Shown here: piece by piece, positions 1 through 9,300 of the stretch
How positions within the stretch are numbered: position 1 is the stretch's first letter
Layout of the letters: each line of letters starts with the position of its first letter
DNA from: a virus
Taxonomy: Duplodnaviria > Caudoviricetes
IMG/VR virus record: IMGVR_UViG_3300044724_003748
Coordinates: 1 to 33,641 of that record
Direction: 5' to 3' (one strand)
Length of the DNA: 33,641 nucleotides
Position numbers and translations under genes: made by a program
The notes under the pieces: model-generated
The model's database searches: none
Told to the model about the DNA's origin: nothing
The model's input: the letters and a program-made list of their open reading frames with translations, nothing else

Positions 1-573
1 AACCAGTACTGGGATGGAGAAGCTGGGATCACAGTGATCCCCTGCTACCAGACCACCAAGTATCTTGAGTTCACACCGCGTGACATGGGTGGCGGCTTTA
101 AGGGGGAGCTTCCTCCGAACAGCCCACTGCTTCAGCAGACCCAACGCATGGGATCGAAAGAGGTACTACCAAATGGTAACGAGTTGGTTAAGTCAGACCA
201 GCACTTCTGTTTGATCGTTGATGAGGATGGCTCTTTGCAGCCTGTGGTCATCGACATGAAGTCCACGCAGCTGAAGATCAGCCGCCGCTGGAAGACGCAG
301 ATCGCCATGCAGAAGATGAAGAACCCCAAGACAGGACAGCTGGTTACGCCACCTGTGTTCGCGACCATGTGGAAGCTGCGCTCTGTTGAGGAGTCCAATG
401 ACCAAGGTTCGTGGGCCAACTGGACACTTGAGAAGGTGGGCCTAGTCGAGGACCGTGACACGTTCATGGAGGCCAAGAGTTTCCGTGAGTCGGTGGCTGC
501 GGGTGAGGCCAAGGCCGCGCCGGAAGAAATGCCAGCTGACAACTCCGTCCAAAGTGACGACATTCCATTTTGA
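1..573 (+). CDS. Phage single-stranded DNA-binding protein-like, 5' truncated
   Basis: Frame is open from base 1 (NQYWDGEAGITVIPCYQ...). It ends in the acidic tail SVQSDDIPF typical of SSBs and lies directly upstream of primase/helicase/polymerase genes. Confidence 0.7.
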   Translation, partial: NQYWDGEAGITVIPCYQTTKYLEFTPRDMGGGFKGELPPNSPLLQQTQRMGSKEVLPNGNELVKSDQHFCLIVDEDGSLQPVVIDMKSTQLKISRRWKTQIAMQKMKNPKTGQLVTPPVFATMWKLRSVEESNDQGSWANWTLEKVGLVEDRDTFMEAKSFRESVAAGEAKAAPEEMPADNSVQSDDIPF

Positions 574-582
574 GTATTGGGT

Positions 583-631
583 TTAGCTAACTTAGCTAAG
601 TCTCGGGGCGGGGCAACAACAGTTCCGCCCC
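583..631. promoter_or_regulatory. Intergenic tandem palindromes plus GC-rich hairpin
   Basis: TTAGCTAA at 583-590 and 592-599. Stem GGGGCGG (605-611) / CCGCCCC (625-631) with no U-tract. Function unknown. Confidence 0.4.
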
Positions 632-656
632 CAACAATAATCAAAGAGGAGCACAC

Positions 657-2198
657 ATGTCATTGGCGAAAAGATTACTCGTGGCATTCGAAGGCTCGGA
701 TGCGGCGTACGGGGAGACGACCGTTGGCGCTATTGGCCGCAAGGGTAAAGCCGAGGCCAAGAGCTTTGTCCGTCGAGGCAAGGTGACAGAGGCCCAGGCC
801 CAAGCTCACATTGACGGCAAGCAAGGTATCGGTGCGATCCCAATTACCACAACCCCCGCGAACCAGTGCCGTTTCGGTGCGCTGGACATCGACGTATATG
901 ATCTGGATCATGCTGCACTGCAGCGCAAGATACAGGAACTCAAGCTGCCGTTGTTTCACTGCCGCACCAAGTCGGGCGGCGCTCACTTGTATTTGTTCAT
1001 GCAAGAGTGGCAGCCAGCGTCCGTGATCCGTGAGCATCTGACGGAGATGTCCATTGCTCTTGGTTTCTCTGGCTGTGAGGTGTTTCCAAAGCAGGACGAG
1101 ATCTTGGTAGAGCGGGGCGACCTCGGCAACTTTATCAACATGCCGTACTTCAACGCGGAACAAACCACCCGCTATGCTTTCAACAAGAAGGCAGAGGCCA
1201 TGGAGCTCGAGGAGTTTTTGGACAGTGTGGAAAAGAACCGAGTGACGATGCCCGATCTGGATGCGCTTGATCTTGCGGGGTCCAAGGAGCACTTCACTGA
1301 TGGGCCCCCATGTCTACGGCTGTTGGTGGCTACGGGAACTGTGGGCGACATGCGCAACAACACCCTCTTGCAGATGGGTGTCTATGCCAAGCTCAAGTAC
1401 AGCGACACTTGGGAGAAGGTGGTTGAGCAATACAACCGCGCCTTCATGGAGCCCATGCTGGATTCGAAAGAAGTGCTGGGCATCATCAAGCAGCTGAAGA
1501 AGAAGGACTACTTCTACACCTGCAACATCGAGCCCTTCTGTTCACACTGTGACAAAGAGGTCTGCCGCACCAAGAAGTTTGGCGTGGGCGGGGACAGTGA
1601 GAGCAAGGCACAGGTTGGTGGGTTAACTGTTATCCTGTCTCAGCCGCCGTACTACTTCATGGATGTGAACGGCAAGCGTGTCGAGCTTACAGTGGATGAG
1701 CTGCACAACCAGTCGCTCTGGCAGAAGGCCTGTCTTATGCAGATTAATTTTGTCCCAGCTACGATGAAGTCCCAGGACTGGACGTCGATGCTGAACGGCA
1801 TGCTCAAGCAGGCAACATACATTGAGGTGGAGCGAGAGCTAACCTTGACGGGGCGCTTCGAAGACTTGACCCGATCCTACTGCAACGGCAGCGCACAGGC
1901 GTATGACCCTGCGGAACTGGAGACGGGCAAGCCGTACCACGATGATGGTCGTGTGAAGTTCAAGATTGAGGGGCTGGTTAATTTCTTGAAGAACCGCAAC
2001 CACCCCTGGGCCGACAACCGTGCCAAGCTGCAGGAAGAAATCAAGCGCCTCAACGCGCATGAGGATTTCAGTGGAGTGCAGCGGTACAAGTTGGCTGACG
2101 GCAAATGGAAATCGATCCGCGTTTGGTGGGTTCCAGAAATGAAAGAGGAAGACATCGATCTTCCCGTAAAGGAGATAAACAATGACATTCCCTTCTGA
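657..2198 (+). CDS. AEP-superfamily primase (primase-polymerase) with Cys-rich C-terminal region
   Basis: AEP motif I ALDID, motif II RTKSGGAHLY, Cys cluster CNIEPFCSHCDKEVC. SD GAGGAG upstream of ATG 657. Confidence 0.85.
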   Translation: MSLAKRLLVAFEGSDAAYGETTVGAIGRKGKAEAKSFVRRGKVTEAQAQAHIDGKQGIGAIPITTTPANQCRFGALDIDVYDLDHAALQRKIQELKLPLFHCRTKSGGAHLYLFMQEWQPASVIREHLTEMSIALGFSGCEVFPKQDEILVERGDLGNFINMPYFNAEQTTRYAFNKKAEAMELEEFLDSVEKNRVTMPDLDALDLAGSKEHFTDGPPCLRLLVATGTVGDMRNNTLLQMGVYAKLKYSDTWEKVVEQYNRAFMEPMLDSKEVLGIIKQLKKKDYFYTCNIEPFCSHCDKEVCRTKKFGVGGDSESKAQVGGLTVILSQPPYYFMDVNGKRVELTVDELHNQSLWQKACLMQINFVPATMKSQDWTSMLNGMLKQATYIEVERELTLTGRFEDLTRSYCNGSAQAYDPAELETGKPYHDDGRVKFKIEGLVNFLKNRNHPWADNRAKLQEEIKRLNAHEDFSGVQRYKLADGKWKSIRVWWVPEMKEEDIDLPVKEINNDIPF

Positions 2199-2376
2199 TC
2201 GTTTAATCACAGTCAAAGACATCTCTGACTACATGCAGGTCACACCGGCTGCTGTCTACAAGTGGATCAAGGACGACAAGATGCCGTCCCCTCTCCGGCT
2301 AGGCCAAGGTTCGAGGCCCACGCTTCGCTGGTCACCACAGGTGATCAATACATGGCTGGAGGAGAACACCAAATGA
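2182..2376 (+). CDS. AlpA/excisionase-like winged HTH DNA-binding protein
   Basis: LITVKDISDYMQVTPAAVYKWIKDDKMPSPLRLG...RW pattern. SD AAGGAG at about 2169-2174. Its stop overlaps the helicase ATG (ATGA). Confidence 0.8.
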   Translation: MTFPSDRLITVKDISDYMQVTPAAVYKWIKDDKMPSPLRLGQGSRPTLRWSPQVINTWLEENTK

Positions 2377-3911
2377 TTGAGAACAGCACACAGATCTTTG
2401 GGCCTCCAGGCTGCGGTAAGACGGAGCGGCTGATGCAGATCATCGAGCAGCATCTCGAGGCTGGCATGAATCCGCAAAGCATTGCGTTTGTTTCGTTCTC
2501 TCGCAAGTCGATTCAGGAGGCGAAGGAACGGGCCAAGGCGCGTTTTAATCTTGACGACAAGCAGCTGGTAAACTTCCGCACTCTGCATTCGACGGGGTTC
2601 TCTGGTCTGCAGATCAAAAAAGATGATGTCATGAACCCTCCAGACTACGAAGAGCTAGGCCGGATGTTGGGCGAGGACTTTGTTATGAACGCGCAGCCGG
2701 AGGACGGCATGTTGATCCCGTCGGATCTGCGCCGCGGTAGCAAGTACATGAGGATCATTGACCGTGCGCGTTACCGCATGATTGATCTGGCCCAGGAGTG
2801 GAAGGAGCATGACACCTCGGACCTGTCCTTGTTTAAATGCAAGCAAATCTATGACCAGCTGATTGAGTACAAGTCGAAGCTTAGTAAGCTAGACTTTGTG
2901 GACATGATCGACGTGTATATACAGACGTGTACACCACCCAGTCTTCAGGTCTTGATTGTGGACGAGGCTCAGGATCTGACACCCTTGCAGTGGAAGATGA
3001 TCCAGCACATGGCAACCAACACTGACGAGGTGTGGATTGCGGGGGACGATGACCAAGCCATCCACCGTTGGACGGGCGTTGATGTTAAGCAGTTTATAAG
3101 CATGTCTCCGAACCGGATCGTTCTGGAGCAGTCCTATCGTTTGCCCAAGAAGGTGTTCGACGTTGCCCAGCGAGTGGTGCGCAGGATCAAGGACCGAGTA
3201 CCGAAAGAGTACGCACCAACGGATCGTGAGGGCTCTGTCACTTGGCACTATGATGTGACCCAACTGCCCTTGGACACCGGGTCTTGGACGCTGATGTGCC
3301 GGATTAACTCATACGTTAACAGCATGGCCAAGCAGGTCGAGGAGATGGGGTACTACTATTCTGTGAAGGGCAAGCCTCCGATTACCAAGGAGCAGGCTGC
3401 GGCGATCCAAACATGGCGCGACCTTGCTGCCGGCAAAGCTGTCGAGTTGTACAGGATTCGGTACATGTACGAGGCAGTACCTAAGCAGGGGGACAAGGCC
3501 GTTGTAAAGCGCGGCGCCAAGAAGTTGCTGGACGCTGCCGATCCAGAGGGTACTTTGACTATGGCAGACTTAGCCAATGAGTTTGGTCTACTCGAGCAGC
3601 CTAATCTATTGGGCGAGTACAGAGATGCGTTTGATGTACTAGGATTTGGTAGGAACATGCAGACGTATCTGCGCCGCATCGAGAACTCAGGCGAGGATCT
3701 ATCCAAGCCGCCGCGCATCAAGTTGTCCACGTTCCATGCCATGAAGGGCGGCGAGGACGACAACTGCGCAGTGTATCTTGGCACTACCAGAGCGTGTGAA
3801 GAGACATCATACCCTGACGATGAGCATCGAGCGTTCTACGTTGGCATCACCCGTGCGCGTGAAAACCTGCACATCATTGAAAGCAGAAAGAAATATAGGT
3901 ATCCGCTATGA
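2373..3911 (+). CDS. SF1 UvrD/Rep-like DNA helicase
   Basis: Walker A GPPGCGKT, FRTLHS, Walker B IVDEAQD, GDDDQAI, QSYR, STFHAMKGGE, FYVGITRAR. Start moved to ATG 2373 (SD GGAGGAG, ATGA coupling). Confidence 0.92.
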   Translation: MIENSTQIFGPPGCGKTERLMQIIEQHLEAGMNPQSIAFVSFSRKSIQEAKERAKARFNLDDKQLVNFRTLHSTGFSGLQIKKDDVMNPPDYEELGRMLGEDFVMNAQPEDGMLIPSDLRRGSKYMRIIDRARYRMIDLAQEWKEHDTSDLSLFKCKQIYDQLIEYKSKLSKLDFVDMIDVYIQTCTPPSLQVLIVDEAQDLTPLQWKMIQHMATNTDEVWIAGDDDQAIHRWTGVDVKQFISMSPNRIVLEQSYRLPKKVFDVAQRVVRRIKDRVPKEYAPTDREGSVTWHYDVTQLPLDTGSWTLMCRINSYVNSMAKQVEEMGYYYSVKGKPPITKEQAAAIQTWRDLAAGKAVELYRIRYMYEAVPKQGDKAVVKRGAKKLLDAADPEGTLTMADLANEFGLLEQPNLLGEYRDAFDVLGFGRNMQTYLRRIENSGEDLSKPPRIKLSTFHAMKGGEDDNCAVYLGTTRACEETSYPDDEHRAFYVGITRARENLHIIESRKKYRYPL

Positions 3912-4237
3912 AACGAGATCAAGTGTTAGCCACCGCCGAAGGGTATATCAATGGCCAGAGGGCCGAGGACTACGGGGATGCATACGAGAACTTCGAGCGC
4001 ATTGCCGAGGGCTGGAACATCGTAATCAGGAACGCCATGACCACTCATGGACACATCACACCGCAGCACGTTGCGCTGATGATGGACTGGGTGAAGACGG
4101 CGCGGCTGCTCAACGATCTGAGTCATGACGATTCATGGATTGATAAGTGTGGGTACAGCGCGTTGGGTGCAGAATTTACCGACAGGGAGAACGAGATATC
4201 GAAGCGTTTGGATGAATACTTAAAGATAAAAGGCTGA
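3908..4237 (+). CDS. DUF6378-like small all-alpha phage protein
   Basis: R.EDYGD...NF.RIA..W and KTARL...DSWIDKCGYSALG motifs. ATGA-coupled to the helicase. Confidence 0.7.
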   Translation: MKRDQVLATAEGYINGQRAEDYGDAYENFERIAEGWNIVIRNAMTTHGHITPQHVALMMDWVKTARLLNDLSHDDSWIDKCGYSALGAEFTDRENEISKRLDEYLKIKG

Positions 4238-4242
4238 GGAAC

Positions 4243-6168
4243 ATGGCAAGAGACCGTAAAGATAAGAGCACTATTTCATTCTTCGAACGCATGGATTTGG
4301 GCGAGAAGCTTGTGCCGGACTGGAACATCCCACCGGAGTTTCCTGACCTGACAAAGTATCCTCAGATCGCGATTGACCTTGAGACATGCGACCCCAACCT
4401 GATGACCATGGGCCCAGGCTGGGCGCGTAAGGATGGTTTCATTGTTGGCATCGCTGTAGCTGCGGGCGACAATGCTTGGTACTTCCCGATCCGTCACGAG
4501 AACGGCCACAACATGGACCCCAAGATGACATTGAAGTGGCTGCGCAAACAGATGGCTACGCCGCACATCGACAAGCTGATGCACAACGCCACCTACGATG
4601 CGGGTTGGCTGCTTGCAGAAGGGGTCGAGGTCCAAGGACGGATCATCGATACCATGGTTGCTGCGCCCTTGGTGGACGAGAACCGTTTCTCCTACAGCCT
4701 GAACAACCTTGGTCGGGACTACATCGACATGCGCAAGGACGAGAAGATGCTTCGCGCTGCGGCAAAGGACTGGGGCATTGACCCCAAGGCTGACATGTGG
4801 CGGCTGCCGCCATCGTACGTTGGAGCGTACGCCGAGCAGGATGCGTTCATGACCATGAAGCTGTGGGACAGATTAAAGACAGAGATCACGTCTCAGGAGC
4901 TGACACACATCTTTGATCTGGAGACCTCGCTCATCCCACTGATGGTACAGATGAGAGCCAATGGTGTGCGCGTGGATATTGACAAGGCGGACATCGCCAA
5001 GAAGGGGCTGCAGGAAAAGGTTGCAGAGTTAAAGGCGGACATCAAGCACAAGACTGGTGTGGCCATAGAACCGTGGGCCGCGGACAGTGTGCGGCAGGTC
5101 TTTGAGGCGCTGAACCTAAGCTACCCCAAGACGGACGCTGGTGCTGCCTCGTTTACCAAGCAGTACCTGAACGCACACCCGCACGAGGTGTGCCAACAGA
5201 TCGTCAAGCTTCGTGAGTTTGACAAGGCGGACAGCACGTTTATCGACTCGATCCTGCGGCACTCGCACAAGGGGCGCATCCACACAGAATTTCACCAGCT
5301 GCGCTCCGATGACGGCGGCACGGTGACGGGGCGTTTCTCTTCTTCGAACCCCAACCTACAGCAGATTCCTGCTCGGGACCCTGACATCAAGAAGTTGATC
5401 CGTGGTCTGTTCATTCCAGAAGAGGGGCAGATGTGGGGATCGTTTGACTACTCAAGCCAAGAGCCGCGATTGCTGGTTCACTTCGCTGCGTCCATGCCTG
5501 ACAACATGCGCAGCCCTGTGGTGGATACGATCGTTGAAGAGTACCACAAGGGCGACGTCGACCTACACCAGATGGTGGCGGACATCGCAGGCATCACTCG
5601 TAAGCAGGCAAAGGTGGTGAACCTCGGCATCATGTACGGCATGGGCGTTGGTAAACTGGCGGCGCAGCTGGGCGTATCAAACGAGGAGGCCAAGAGCATC
5701 ATCGAGGAACACCGCGACAAGGTTCCGTTCGTTAAGCAGCTAGCTACAGCTGCAAGTTCGCAGGGCGAGAAGCACGGACAGATCCGCACAATTCTTGGGC
5801 GCAAGTGCCGTTTTCATTTGTGGGAACCGACGACTTACGGCTACAATAAACCCATGCCACTCGAGGACGCGCGGAAAGAATACGGTGGATCGCTCAGAAG
5901 AGCGTTTACTTACAAGGCGTTGAACAAACTGATCCAAGGTTCGGCAGCCGACCAAACAAAGAAGGCGATGGCTGATTGCTTTGCCGAGGGTTTGGTTCCA
6001 ATGCTAACTGTTCACGACGAACTTTGTTTTTCGGTGGAAAACGAGGAGCAGTCTGCTAAGATAAAAGAGATCATGGAGACTGGTCTTCCGTTGAAGATAC
6101 CGTCTAAGGTTGACGACGATATTCCTGCCCTGCGTGGGCTTCCAAATAACTGGGGAGAGGTCGAATGA
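4243..6168 (+). CDS. polA: Family A DNA polymerase with 3'-5' exonuclease domain (Leu762 type)
   Basis: Exo motifs DLET, HNATYD, YAEQD. TGRFSSSNPNLQQIP, motif A DYSSQEPR, motif B RKQAKVVNLGIMYG, IQGSAAD, motif C TVHDEL. Confidence 0.96.
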   Translation: MARDRKDKSTISFFERMDLGEKLVPDWNIPPEFPDLTKYPQIAIDLETCDPNLMTMGPGWARKDGFIVGIAVAAGDNAWYFPIRHENGHNMDPKMTLKWLRKQMATPHIDKLMHNATYDAGWLLAEGVEVQGRIIDTMVAAPLVDENRFSYSLNNLGRDYIDMRKDEKMLRAAAKDWGIDPKADMWRLPPSYVGAYAEQDAFMTMKLWDRLKTEITSQELTHIFDLETSLIPLMVQMRANGVRVDIDKADIAKKGLQEKVAELKADIKHKTGVAIEPWAADSVRQVFEALNLSYPKTDAGAASFTKQYLNAHPHEVCQQIVKLREFDKADSTFIDSILRHSHKGRIHTEFHQLRSDDGGTVTGRFSSSNPNLQQIPARDPDIKKLIRGLFIPEEGQMWGSFDYSSQEPRLLVHFAASMPDNMRSPVVDTIVEEYHKGDVDLHQMVADIAGITRKQAKVVNLGIMYGMGVGKLAAQLGVSNEEAKSIIEEHRDKVPFVKQLATAASSQGEKHGQIRTILGRKCRFHLWEPTTYGYNKPMPLEDARKEYGGSLRRAFTYKALNKLIQGSAADQTKKAMADCFAEGLVPMLTVHDELCFSVENEEQSAKIKEIMETGLPLKIPSKVDDDIPALRGLPNNWGEVE

Positions 6169-6377
6169 AATTCGAATCAGAAATCAAAACGCTCGGGTTC
6201 AAGGACATGCATGAAGAGCAGGCTCAGGCGCTGCTTAACTTGGTGGACGCAGCTCTTAACCTCGCGGCAGCCACCGATTGTGACATCGTGTTCAACCAGA
6301 TGCATGAGATTGCTGAAGACACAGTCATCCTGTTCGGTGGCACCGGCATAGATGTAAAGTTCAAGGCGGACTACTGA
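6165..6377 (+). CDS. Hypothetical protein (70 aa)
   Basis: ATGA-coupled to polA with SD GGAGAGG. Last gene of the + arm. Confidence 0.65.
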   Translation: MKFESEIKTLGFKDMHEEQAQALLNLVDAALNLAAATDCDIVFNQMHEIAEDTVILFGGTGIDVKFKADY

Positions 6378-9300
6378 CCGGAAAGCCTCTGTGCAATCTC
6401 TGAATTTCTCAGCTGATCAATCAAATTACCGCCCAACAATGAGGGTGACGGAGGTGTTGTTGCCGCCGGTGCTTGCGGAGCCTGTGGGGCCGCGGGCACT
6501 GGCACTGGACCAGTAGCGGCTGGGCCGATGGGCTCAGGCAAAGAGTATTCCACAGGTCCTACTGGCTCTGGCAAAGAATACCCTACGTCTTCCATCTCTC
6601 CAGCCTGACGTCTGCGGAACAACTCTGGGCTTAACGGCTGATCCATGCGGCTGTCTGTTAAAGCATCTAACTCTGCAAAGGGAATGTCGCCAACCAACCG
6701 GCTTCTGCCCTCTTCGATCTGCATCATCAAACGATCGTCAACATCGTCCGCCACATACCCAGGATAGAACTGGCCGTCCATAATGGTGGCGATCTCTTTG
6801 CTGCCGAGCTTGGCTTTGTCTACAAGATTCCGATATATTTCATCTTCACTAAGGCCCAAGGTCCGAGCACCTTGGATCTCGTTGTATAGCTTCGACTGCT
6901 CACGATACAGTGTGTCGAGATAGTTATTCCATCCGCTGATCATGTCCGCCGGAGTTGAGTCGGCGCGTAAAATCTCACGGTTGGCGGCTGTCTTAGCAGC
7001 CGAGCGGCGAGGAGAGTACTCTTTACCAGAGAACTCAAAGTCTTGGCGGAGGTTCAATTCCATAGGCGTGAAGCCTGTGACTTGACGGGCCAGCTCCTCA
7101 TAGGTGTTGTAGTCTTGGCCACGGGCACCTGGAGTATTCATCATGGCTCGAGTCAAACGGCCAGGTTCAATGTCGCCTTTCTTGCCTTCGCCTGCAAGCT
7201 TTAGATATGCCGGGGCGAGACTGTCCATTACGTGGATAAACCCGCGAGAAACCTTGGTTCCGTAGTCGTCTACGTCAGTATAGATCTTAGCACCAGTGCT
7301 GGTCACGCCGCCACGGCCAATGCCAGGGAAACCTTCGGACGGCAGCGCGTCACGAATACGTTCGAACACAATAGATTCAGAGGCGAACGGATCAGCCAGA
7401 GAGGCGACCGAGGACCAAGCACCACTGGCCAACTGCTCTGCTTCACTGGCGTCGAGTCTACCCTTCTCGGAGTACGCACGAAGGCCTGCGTTGATGGAGT
7501 CTGTGACAAAGCCGTATGGAGACACATAGCTCAGGTCAACATACTGGATGTTTCCTTCGCCGTCGTTATCCAAAATAATCAGATCGTGCCCGTCAAGGTA
7601 CTCTGCAACCTGCTCATGCAAGCGGTCCATCTGTTCGTCCGTTGTGCCGGTGGCGTTCATCGAAGCGCGGACCATGGCCTTTGGAGTAATGGCAGCCACT
7701 GTCAGCAAACCTGTCAGACGCTGTGCGCCCATGGCTCGCGTCTGGCGGACCAGGGCCCGTGCTCTTTGCTCACCTAACTCTGCAATTAAATCGTCGTCGA
7801 CTGCAGCGGATAGCTCTTTCAATCCCAGGTTCAGGATGTTGGACATGTTGCGAATGTTCTCAGACGCAAACGATGTAAAGTTACCAAACGGTAGGGCACG
7901 GTCCAAGGTCCGAACAGCCGTACCAATTTGGCTGTATGTGGGCATCATTGACTTTGTTCGATCTGACGCGATTATTTCGACAGGTGACAAGCGAGCCGAG
8001 GGGCGACCTTCTTCAGCCGCAAAGTCAAGGACCTCGCTGCGTGTACGATTAGCCAAGCCGCTGCGCTGCATCCAGTTGAGCGCCGATCCCAGGTCATCTG
8101 GGTTGTCTAGGTTGGCGCCACGAAACACCTCGTTGAGCTTGGCTTCTTCGCCCATGAGCACTGTGGCCTTGGAGTAGCCGTCAACGCCGTCTGTCACACG
8201 TTCAAAGAAGTTCATGACCTGCTTCATCACAGGGAGGCCTTCGTATTTCTCAATACCTTTGCGAACCTTTGCAGCTGCGCCCACGGCAGAGCCTTCTGTC
8301 TGGTACTGCTTGATAGCATTTAGCAAGATGTTGCTGTCTGTCACGCCGGCGGCATCAAGCTTGAACTTGAGATTTGCAAGACCCTCATCCGTGAGGTTGG
8401 AGGCATCTCGCAAGAAGACTTGAGCAGCGCCTGCAAAGTCCTGGTTGTACATAGACGGAGCGTTACCAGTAGCAACACGCATAAGCTGGTTGCCCACAAA
8501 GTCCCGAACTCGAGAGGCCACGTTTGGCACAATCAATTGCTTCTGTGACAGACCTTTGATCTGGTTAACGATCGAGGCAAGCTGGCTGACAGGGTGGGAC
8601 GTCAGAGTAACAGGGGCCGTCAGGTTGTCATAGATTTCTGCTGGGACATACTTCCCGCTCATCTCACCGTACTGACCACCAAGCGGAGCGTCTGGGTTAA
8701 ACTCACCAAGCTTTCTGTACCCCTCCAAAGACAGTGCGTCTTCGAGGTCTTCGATCCGCACACCTTGCTGAGTAAGCAAATCAATTTCCGAAGCGTACTC
8801 GTCAGGCGTCATTTGAGAAGGGTTGGGCAACTCCACCGCAAGGGGACGTGCGCCACTACGCATACTGGCTAACGCTGAACCAGCGGCAACAGTCTGCGGG
8901 TTTAAAATGTTGCGATAGAAATCAATAGCGGATGTGGTCTCCGCTAAATTGTTAAGAGTGTTGATTGCCAAAGCCTTGGGGTCAGTGACCTCACCCATAA
9001 ACGCGCGAACCGCAGGAACCTCAGTGATCACCTCCTTACGAGAAATAAGCATTTCGTCAGCCAAACGGAACAGCGGTTGCCGCTCGGCGGTCAGCGCACC
9101 GCTCTCACCCATTTGACGCTTTATTAGATCAAGACGTTTCTTGATAGCTTGTTTCGGCGCCACCCCTTGCTGGATCTCTCCAAGATTAATAATGTCCAGA
9201 ACAAGGCGCTCGGCGTTGGCAATGCTTTGAGGGGAGCCAAACATCGCAGGGTTGTTACGAGTGTTGTACGCCATCAAATTCCTCACGGCATCTTGGAACG

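Noticed and set aside
2262-2372. N-terminal extension of the helicase in the ORF track
   Set aside because: It overlaps the AlpA-like gene. ATG 2373 has a strong SD and places Walker A at the usual N-terminal position.
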